Source: the human T2T-CHM13v2.0 reference genome, Homo sapiens
DNA: 64,000 nucleotides
Assembly: GCF_009914755.1 (NCBI RefSeq)
Contig: NC_060933.1
Strand: one strand, 5' to 3'
Shown: positions 53,183 to 64,000 of the stretch, piece by piece
Layout: the number at the start of each line of letters is the position of its first letter
Numbering within the stretch: position 1 is the first letter of the stretch
Notes under the pieces: model-generated
What the model was told of the DNA's origin: nothing
Seen by the model: the letters and a program-made list of their open reading frames with translations, nothing else
Database searches by the model: none
Made by a program: the position numbers and the translations under genes

Positions 53183-56100
53183 GGAAAAGAGGATTGATAC
53201 ATTAAACAAGGGCTGTGGGTGGTGTTTCTCCTGGGAAATCCTTTACAAATCTTCACATAGTATAAATACATTTTCTGTGTAAGAGCAGAGCAACTTATAA
53301 TGAGAAGGTACTTTTGGGGACCCAAAACCTGAGGATAAAGGAATTACCTGTTCAAAATACTATTGTTTAAAAACTTTATAGGTTTGACTCAACATTATCT
53401 TTGGGAAAAGCCCGTATTTGGTTTAGGAAATCTTTTTAGTGTACCTTGTGTTATACGAATAATCAAATAATAGAAGAGAGGGCTTGAATGGAGGAATCTC
53501 TTACCCTACCTGGTATTGGAAACTGAAAGTTTGCTTTTCTGAATTGATGAGATTATTGTGGTGTTGCGATTGTTCTCTTTTCTCGAGAAAGGAGCTAGGG
53601 GACAAAAACAGGAAGAGGAGGCTGAGACGCAGGGGAAGAGGTTCTGAGGACAAGGGTGGCCCAGCAGCACAGCATGGCAGTCAGATGGGAGCTGAGGAGG
53701 GAGCTAGCTCTAGGGGACCCCTTACAGTGGGACTTGAAGAGAAGTGCCAATTAATAACCAATGCTAAGCTCTTCTCCCTTTCTGCCTAATAATTCATTTT
53801 TTATATTTTCAAATCTGTAGCAAAGTCAGGCATTGGGATTGGGCTTGGCACTTCCTTGGGGAAAGAAAGAAGAACTGCATCCGCATTTTAAAGGATTGCA
53901 GCACATTCATTAAATCCTCCACTTTCTTCCAGCTCCTTTGTAATGCTATTTGTTTCAACACAAGTGTTTAAAATAAGACACACAATTTTAATACCTTTAG
54001 ACTACCCACTATTGTCTTCCCTGAATCTTTTTCTATTGGCTCAAGAATGCAAAACTGTAGCAAGTCTCAAAGGGTTCATACTGTTGAAAGGTTCGCTGTA
54101 GATTAAAAATAGCACCGTAGTTTATCTTCGGCTGCTGGGGTATTGGTTTACTTTTCTCACAGAAACAGGCTTTAATTACGGAGCAAAGAATAAACTGGAC
54201 TTGATTGCTCCCCGGAAAGACTGACATTTCAGTCTCTCCCACAAAATACTTATTGATGTTGATGTAAGAGGAAGAGAAGAGTCAGAATACAAAAGAGCTT
54301 TGTGTTGCCTGCAGTTGGGAGGCATCCTTTGTCTTCCCAACTTAGCAGTTTTGATATGGAAGTCAACACAAGATAAAAAATATAAAGCACAACATTGTCA
54401 TTTTCACAATCTTTCTTTGTGACTGTACTTCAGAAAACACCCACAGTAAGACAATTGATGTTTTTGAGCTGCTGGAGAAAAAAGGAAAGCAAAGAAAACA
54501 GTCAACAAAACTGACCACATTTCAAATTCATACTTAGGAAAATATATTATTTACAATAATTATAGCTGCATTTTCCACAGATGTTGAAACACAGATGATG
54601 ATTTAACATTCAAATGGGAGAGAAAAACCCTCATTCAAAATAATTGGTGACATGTAAACCCCTCTTCGAATGCAGTTTGGGATTAATTAAAATGTATATG
54701 CCATGGTACATATCAAAAAAAGAAAAAGTCCTGAGTATTCAGGGCTAAAGAGACAGGGATTCTTTTCCCATCCCTAATATTTCCTTAGAGAAATATTCCT
54801 TGCAAGTAGGTAAACATCTGCTATTAGCTAGATAAAGAAGGTAGACAGCAAAGGATACTGTGTAAACAGAAGGAGATCCATCTAAAAATAATTCTTATGT
54901 ACACAGATAAAGGGATCATGTTAGGAGCGACCATGAGAGGGGCAATACAAACAGAGAGATTTTCATGGAGACATATACCTAGCTAGAAATATTTTCTGAT
55001 TTTGGTAACAATTGCCAGCCTCTCAGCTTACTGGCTGGAGGAGATCTTACCTTCTTCTCTATTGTCATAGCAAACCCAACAATACAGAGTGTGTGTGTGT
55101 GCGAGGGGGTGGTGGGGAGGCAGTAGGGGGGTGAAGTTTTCATTAATTCCAGAGAATTCAAATGCAGAAAATTAAAAAAAATTTTGCAAAATGAAAGAAA
55201 AATGAAATCAAACATGATCTTTAAGAAAATAAAAAGGCAATGTGAAAAATCTCTAAAATCCACATTGTTTCTTAGCATTCCTCAAGAGAATGTGATGTTG
55301 GTAGGAAGATACGTGGACTCCAAAACAAGAATTCACTCCCAGTCAGCCTAAAGCTAGTTCTTGGCACCCTCAAATCTTCATCGTTCTCAAGTGTGCAGAA
55401 GGAATGCTTTAAATAACTCGTGAAAATGGCAAAGTAGAATTTCAGATTTCAAAACATTTCTGTGTGAAGCAACTCAAAGGAACAGCATCACAATCATCAT
55501 TCTCTAGGAGCATTTCCCCCCAAGCTCCGTGGCAGTGCGTTAAGATACAACACAAAGCCAATGAAACCTAGGTACTCCTGTTTTTTGAGACTGCATCAAC
55601 AATTACTTCCTTTTTAAACTGTGGCACTAAGTAAAGTGTCCTTTCATGAACTAGTAAAGCAAAACTCTGAAGATTAATAAAATCATTTTATAAACAAGAG
55701 GGCAATTAGTGATGTTTACAAGATATTCAATGTTGGGACCCATTTCAATGATAAATTCCTACAGGAAATTTAGTACTGCTAGAATTTATGTCCAACTAAT
55801 TTATTGAATGACATTGCAGCTATTGAACATGAGCATGAGAGATATTATTTATCTAATAGTAGGCTAATGAGATAAAACATAAATTGTTGAGATAATGAGT
55901 CCATTGCTTTAGTGTAAATTGAGAAAATGGCTATAATTAAGAGTGGTATTGATTATGAAACTTTCCCAGGTCGACTGACCTCAGAATGCACGACTGCCAC
56001 ATTCTGTCTGTCATTGCCATAGAATTGGCTGGATCAATCTTACAAGTGGAAAATCCACCCACAAGTGGGAAATCCGCAAGGGAAAGATAGAATTGTCATT

Positions 56101-59100
56101 CTAGGGAGGTAATGTGGATTCCCACTTTCTGGAATAGTGCCATGGGTCTGAATTCACAGATGCTGCGGTCCCGTTATGATTACTCAACTCCTTAGGTTAC
56201 AGTGGCTCAAATTCTACCACTGGCATTTTAACCTGTGTCCCAACTGTTTTATTTGTCATATTGCCACCTGCGCACTCAGACCAAAACAGAGGGTATGGCT
56301 GGAAGCCATAATATTGGTGGCTCAGGTAAAAAAAGTCATGAAGTTCCATTGGGCTGCCAGTGGGAAGGGTTTATCTTTGAACTCATCTCAACATAATAAC
56401 TTTCTTTTCATTAAGAGAGTTGTGATAACGATGCCCCTAAAATAAGCACCCTCCTGCAATAAATTTGATTCTCCTGCCAGTCACTATCGTGGCCCACAGA
56501 TATATGATCTCCTTTATTTTGTAAGCAGCATTAACCACCTGAGAAGGCACATAGGCTTCAATTCCTTCAACTTTGTATAATTTAAGCCCGTGACCTAAGA
56601 AATAAATTATAGATGTTTAGATGAGATGCCTGATCAGAACAAACAATATCTCTCCTCTTCAACATTAATTTGTCATCATTTCTTTATGATATGTGGCAGA
56701 TAGGGGAAAATACAAAGGAATATCAGATCAGGAAGATTTTAATTTGACTTATATAATGGTCAAGAAGAGATCTCATAGCTTGAATCTTAGGTATGAGGCT
56801 TTGGAAAAGATTTAATAAGAGAAAAAATCTTAGAATCTGATCACAACATGAAAATGTTTACAGTTTCTCATATGAGACTAACTAGCAAAATCAGCTCAGT
56901 TGCAACAGATATCATAGGAATAAATTAAGTAATTGAAATGCATCCTTTATGTTATCTTAAGTGTCTATACCAAAATCCACCAACAAAGAATGTTTTAGTG
57001 GTAATAAATGTTATAACTGTTAGTTATTGAAGGTTTGTTTTTCCCCAGAAAAAAAAAGAAAGGTCTTTTTTAAATTTGCAATTTTATGATGGTTTTCTAT
57101 AACTTCGGGTGGTCTTGATCAAGTTGCTTTTCCTCATTGGACCTCAATTTCCATATCTATAAAGCAAAGAAAATGGTCCAGTTGATCTCTGACATTCCTT
57201 CTAGCACTAAGAACCTGATTCCAACACATTCCCATTTGCCAGTACAGTAACATAGTACAAAGTAAATGACAAGCATAGCTAAGATATTGAAATAATACTA
57301 ATGTTTTATCTCCTTGTGACTTGTCCATTATCTGTTAGTGAGCACATGACATTCTGTGTGACAGAGAGCTACTAATTGCTACTTTACATGACAGAAGTGG
57401 ACTCTTGTAAGGATGTATTTGAAGAAGAATATCTATACTTGGTAAGTAGAATGGACCTTGGTAGAGGTGCATATTCTTTGTCAGAAGTAGGTATGAAATC
57501 TATATTTTGGTGAAATTAGTAGTCTATGGACTGATTCTGCATTCCTAAACTAAACCAAAAGATGCTCTTGTTTCAATGGCACTTATCCTGAATTAAAACT
57601 CAGATTACTCTGTATTTAAAATATTTATCAAATATTAACTAAATATAAAATTATGATGAGAATGTGCAAAGATTTCAGCAGACCCTAATTTCTGTTTCAC
57701 TGCATGAATTCATCTTTTTGTTGAAATGTTGTGAAGGTTCTGAATTGCCTCTACCTTCTGCAGCATAGTTAGCTGTGTTCCTGGGGACAGAAATGATACC
57801 AGGCTTATCCATCTCTTGCAAAGCTAACAAATATCAAAGCCAATGAGGTCCACTAAGGTTTGAGTGGTGGAGCGACTGAGATAATCAGTTGGTGTTTGGT
57901 ATAAGAAAACAAGTCTAGTCTAACCTTTTGAATGATACACTGGCTAGAATAAATAGCTAGATTTCTGGGAGTTGGAAGCAGGATTGCATTTGCAAAGCCT
58001 ATACTAGAAAAGGAAATACATATATTTTTAAATTACACTTTTAATGACCATTTCTGCCCATCTTTATAACCTTACATAGCATGAACTTGAGCAAACGAGG
58101 ATTGAGATTTCAACCTTAATCAAGCCCTAAATATTGGCAAAACTCTTCTTGGATTCATGGCAGGTCTTTTTGCCTGTTTCTAAAAAAAAAAGAAAAAAGC
58201 AGCCTATTAGCTGTGCTGCAGAAGAATAAATCAGGATCTGATTACATAGTTTAGTCGGCAAATTAATTCATGAATTTTCCAACATTTTTAAAAGCACTCG
58301 TGTTGAAGTGCTGAACTCCTGCCCCTGGTGAAACTTTCAGAGCCCTTTTGAGACACACAGATACAAAGAGAAAATATGTAAAATAATGAGAAGCATTTTC
58401 ATGATATTTAGTGGTATTTGTTTGCTCCTCAGAATTCTATTAATTTAAGAGAATGACTTGCAACTGTTACTACATTAAGAATCTTGGCAAGCACCAGAGT
58501 ATAATTATTTCTGCTATAGCACTGACACATACAAAAGAAAGGAACCGATTCATGGACTCTATATACATATTTCTGGCTATTTTTATTTATATTATTGTGA
58601 TTTACAGTTTCCAGAAATTTGCCTCCATTCTTTCTCCACACTCAAGAAGGAAGTATACACAAATGGCATTGCATTTCTGACAATTGGTATTCCACTGAAA
58701 AGCTAGTCCTAAATTGGATATCTGATTCTTAAGGAAAGCTGTTAATAAATTCTTAGCATCTGCCTTATGGATATCCCAAACGGGTAGCTTTTTTGATAGT
58801 ATTCATCAATGTTTGATTGATAACTAAAAAGGGTAATTCTTTATTGTATTGGATTGTCCTGAGCATTTTAGGATGCTTCTCATCCCTCACCCCCGTTCCT
58901 TTGAATCCCTAAATGCCAGTAGTCATTGTAACTACCCAACACATCCCATTTCCCAGCTTTTTCTATGGATGTCTATTTGAAGATGACTGCAAATAGATCG
59001 AGCTTCAAGAATGATATTGAGGTTATCATGGGGTATTCTGTGGGAGGGGAGCTATACTAAGCTTTCTCTTATGCTTTCTCTACTAATTATGTAGAATGTG

Positions 59101-59438
59101 AAAAATTCAAAATGCCTCCTCTTCCTAGGGCCTTCAGCAATATGGACTTATATTGTTAAAAATAGTTGTTCTTTGTGTGCTGGTTTGTGACTAAGTTAAA
59201 GAAAAATTAAATAATAGCACTCTCTTTACTGGCTGCCAGATGAATTACCTCACTTTCCTATCTCCAAAGGACCTTCCTAGGAGGAATCAGATAAAAGAGT
59301 TATTTCTAGAATATCTGTTCATCAAGACACAGGTATGTGTTGTCCTGAGGACCAAGGGAAGCTTCTGTGATGACTCTACTTTACAAGGTATTTTTAGAAA
59401 CTGAGTCAGCAAAACAGAAAGTAACTGAAGAAGTGAGG

Positions 59439-59822
59439 TGTATTAATCTTTTCTTACACTGTTACTAAAAACTATCTGAAACCAGGTAATTTATGAAGAA
59501 AAGAGGTTTCATTGACTCACAGTTCCATAGGCTATACAGGAAGCATGGCTGGGGAAGCCTCAGGAAACTTACAGTCATGGCAGGAGGTGAAGGGGAAGAC
59601 AGCATGTTTTCACATGGCAGCAGGAGAGAGAGTGTGTGAAGGGGGAAGTGCTACACAGTGTCAAACAACCAGATCTCATGAGAACTCATCTACTATCATG
59701 AGAACAGCAAGGGGGAAATCTGCCCCCGTGATCAAATCACCTCCCACCATGTCCCTCCCCCAACCCTGGGGATTACATTTCAACATGAGGTTTGAGTGGG
59801 GACACAGAGCCAAACCATATGA
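59439..59822 (-). mobile_element. MSTA/THE1D-like MaLR solo LTR
   Basis: TGTATTA...GGTAATTTATGAAGAAAAGAGG...GGGGACACAGAGCCAAACCATATGA. TSD TGAGG / TGGGG. Confidence 0.9.
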
Positions 59823-60068
59823 TGGGGGCAGATAGAGACAGGGATCAGAGTTTAAGCTTCTATTACCTGCCTAGCTCAGTAAACTGAATTGACAATTATC
59901 AAAAGATTAGGGTTTGCAATAAAGCTGGGAATTTGCTTAATAACAATATACTAATATCAGACAATGTACAAACATACGTAGACAACAGCACTTTGGTTAC
60001 ATAAAACATTGCTTTCTAAAGTTACTCACACTGTCGCAACCCATTCTTTTCTCATTCTTTATTTGTCC

Positions 60069-60716
<648 letters not shown>

Positions 60717-60924
60717 TAGACTTCTGATTCTACTTGTTTTCCCTATGGGACTGCTTCAGTGGTCTCCAACCCAAACTCTGATTCCCTTTTGAATCATGAA
60801 TTTCTTAGGACTTTTCCCACAAATCCTATAATTCTAACCCTCTCTTCTCTCTTATTTGCTTGTCTTCTTGCACTCTTTTTCTCTCTCTTCTTGTCTGTTT
60901 TTAAAATTGTCTAGGTTTTTATAA

Positions 60925-61110
60925 TTTACAAAGCAGCTTTGCATGTACTCTGACATTTAATCTTCATTCCCAGTGAATTGGTCATAATTATCACTTCTAT
61001 TTAGTAAGTGGAAAAATGGAGGTCTAGGGAGGCTAAAGTGATTTTCCCAACATCGTACATTATTAACAGCAGAGTCAGGATTTAAATTCAGAAATTTTGA
61101 CTTTTAATGG
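60925..61110 (-). mobile_element. MIR SINE
   Basis: CATTTAATCTTCA...GGAAAAATGGAGGTCTAGGGAGGCTAAAGTGATTTTCCCAA...GCAGAGTCAGGATTTAAATTCAG. Confidence 0.7.
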
Positions 61111-61395
61111 TATCTCATTGCCTGGAAGTTAAATAATGAATTTTTTTGTTTCTATGTTTTCCCATGACTTTTTGAAATTTGGGAATTTTAAAAGAAAAAA
61201 TGTGACTCAGTCTCTTACCTTGATATGACACACAACGTAAAGACAACTGGATTACATGGCTAAAATAGACTCAATCCTCCTGAATACTAAAGTGAAGTCA
61301 GATTCTCTCACTGAACTTAATATTCATAAAAGAGCAGAATTGGGAAGGCTGTAATCATCATCTAGTTGACTGTACATCTCAGAGATGAGGAAACC

Positions 61396-61972
<577 letters not shown>

Positions 61973-62711
61973 AATAAACTGAAGTTCATAACTACTTAGT
62001 AGCTTGCTTAGATTTACTCAGGGAGTAAACTATTTGCTGCTGGTGATGATACTAGGCAGGTGCCCCCAGTCAAATCATTTTTACAAATATTCATCTGTGT
62101 TAACATAGACCCAGGCCTATAAATATTATTTTTATTGACCTAAATACAGATGAACTCACTTCAGTCTATGTTTTCAGAGATCCACTGTTACATACATATG
62201 TATTTCATTACATAGGAAAAGGCCTAGAAATCGTGGTGGGGAAAGGAAAGGGACGGAGCTGAGGGGAAGAAGTCAGGAGGAGAGGGAAATAGTGATGCTT
62301 TAACATTACCAACTGTATTATTTAAATATTTTTGCAATGAAAATGTATTCATGTACTACTATTAATATTTAAAATAGAAAGAAAAAAAGAAAAATCCTGC
62401 ATCGCCATAATTACTCCTGCAACTGCTATGCTCAGTATTTCAACACCTATTGAAATCCTGTCAACCCTTTAAGGCTCACTCAAATGCTGTCCACTCCCTG
62501 GATGTTTTTCCTAAAGCTTTCCAGAAGCAATGATATTTCTTTCTTCTAAACACCTGCAGAACCCAGTGGCTGCTTATGGAGGCACTGCCTTTGTCTTTGT
62601 CTTGTATTTGAGTTATGTGGACAAACATTCTATTTCCTTATTTGATAGAACTTTTCTGAAAAGTAGAGACTATATTGCTCTTCGTCAGAAAAATTGCACT
62701 AAAGTAAAAAT

Positions 62712-63045
62712 CAGGGGATTTCTGGAATGGCAAAGTAAATAGCTTGGCAAATCTCCTCCTCAAGGAGAGAGGATAAAACTGGAAAAGACTGTTAAAAAAC
62801 AATGATTTTAGGACTCTAGGCATACAACAAATTGAGATGCATTTATTCAAGAAAAGTTACTGAACTCCAGGTAAAAACAGTGGGAGTCTGTGATGTTATA
62901 ACCTGGGTTACTCCATCCCTCAATTATAGCACCTCCAGCTCCATAGCCATGGCAGTTCCACCATAACTGAGAAATCCATAAAAACCAGCAACTTCCCTGC
63001 CAAAGGAGGCTAACTTCACTTAGAGGCGAGAATGGAAAAAAATCC
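62712..63045 (+). mobile_element. Ancient L1M 5'-end-like sequence
   Basis: GGGGATTTCTGGAATGGC...AAAACTGGAAAA..CTGTTAAAAAACAA..TTTTAGGACTCT...CATTTATTCAAGAAAA..CTGAACTC..GGTAAAAACAG resembles L1MC/MD/ME 5' consensus (recalled). Confidence 0.6.
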
Positions 63046-63049
63046 AGGA

Positions 63050-63487
63050 TCCCAAAACAACCCAAGGGCCTATTGATAGATGAATAATCAACACATGGCA
63101 GTATGTCCATATAATAGAATACTACTCAGCAATAAAAAAGAATGACTTATTGCCACATGTAGTAAAAAGAATAGCCTTCAGAATAATTTCTCTAAGTGAA
63201 AAAAGCTAGACAAAAATGTATGCATACTGTACAAGTCCATTTACATGAAATTCTAGGAAATGCAAACTAATCTACAGTAACAGTGGTTCAGTGGGGATGG
63301 GGTAGTGAAGGATGAGGGAGGAACTCCAAGGACATGAGAAAACTTTGGGGGAGTAATGAATACATTCACTCTCTTGTAGTGATTGTTTTACAGATGTACA
63401 CATTTGTCAAATCTTTAAAAATTATACACTTGAAATAAGTGCAACGTATTATATTTCAATTATATCTTAATAAAGATGTGTTTAAAA
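63050..63487 (+). mobile_element. L1ME1-like 3' end
   Basis: AATAGAATACTACTCAGCAATAAAAAAGAATGA...GGAAATGCAAACTAATCTACAGT...TCAATTATATCTTAATAAAG. Confidence 0.85.
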
Positions 63488-64000
63488 TTCTTTGCCTTAA
63501 AAATTGTTGAGTTAAATTGATTCTCCCAGAAATCTCTCTCATGTGTAGCCTGTGGCTTTATTTCCCCTTTGGTAGAAAGCTTTACTCTCCCAGGGGTACA
63601 TAAAAAGCTATCAGGAGCATGTGTTTAGAGGAAACAGAATAACTGCACTTAAAAAATGGTGATTCCATGCTTTATAAATGTAAACAAGGAATGTTAGAAC
63701 TAGAATTCAATCATCTAGTCTAGACTTTCCTATTATACTCGAAACTCAGAGAAAAGTCCTGGTTGAGGTCAATTGGCAGCAAAGTGGACTTGAAAACCTG
63801 CTTTTTGTTGTAAACTACTGGAAAACGCAGAAATTGAATATTCACTTTGCTGACTTTATCATTCACTTTGGACATTTCTATTTAGAAGAAGTGCATAAGA
63901 ACCACACTAAAAATACGAAGTCTTTTTAAACGCTCATTGGCTTCTGACAAATGCAAGCAATGTCAAACCTGTATTTTAAGATGTTATCTATTTAAACATT

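Noticed and set aside
55968-55981. Estrogen-response-element-like palindrome AGGTCGACTGACCT
   Set aside because: It is 14 bp rather than the 15-bp IR3 geometry, and the first half-site is imperfect.

Overview
AT-rich, CpG-poor primate (human-like) genomic DNA, either intergenic or deep-intronic. I find no supportable protein-coding exon, RNA gene or CpG island, and I cannot name the locus. The ORFs in the track are Alu-, L1-, LTR- or microsatellite-derived, or look like chance. Most recognisable content is interspersed repeat: about 12 Alu-family elements (AluY/S/J, FLAM, FRAM), L1PA/L1MB/L1ME fragments, MaLR/ERV solo LTRs (THE1D, MSTA, MLT1, MER74A, LTR16, LTR33/41-like), hAT DNA transposons (MER3, MER20, MER33, MER45A, MER58A), a MuDR-type Ricksha with a recognisable transposase remnant, MIR/L2 relics and a ~750-bp AT-rich minisatellite. 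The most unusual direct observations are: (1) a 227-bp, one-mismatch local copy of an ancient L1 segment inserted 3,882 bp away, with microhomology-built GAAAAAC junctions, close to the AT-rich repeat; (2) a 29-bp fold-back inverted insertion inside a MER74A LTR; (3) a cluster of hairpins in apparently unique sequence at ~55.97-56.18 kb; (4) a dense AP-1/NF-Y/GATA motif cluster at 23.38-23.43 kb. Repeat subfamily names come from recalled consensus sequences and should be confirmed with RepeatMasker/Dfam. I do not see evidence for a new multi-gene system.
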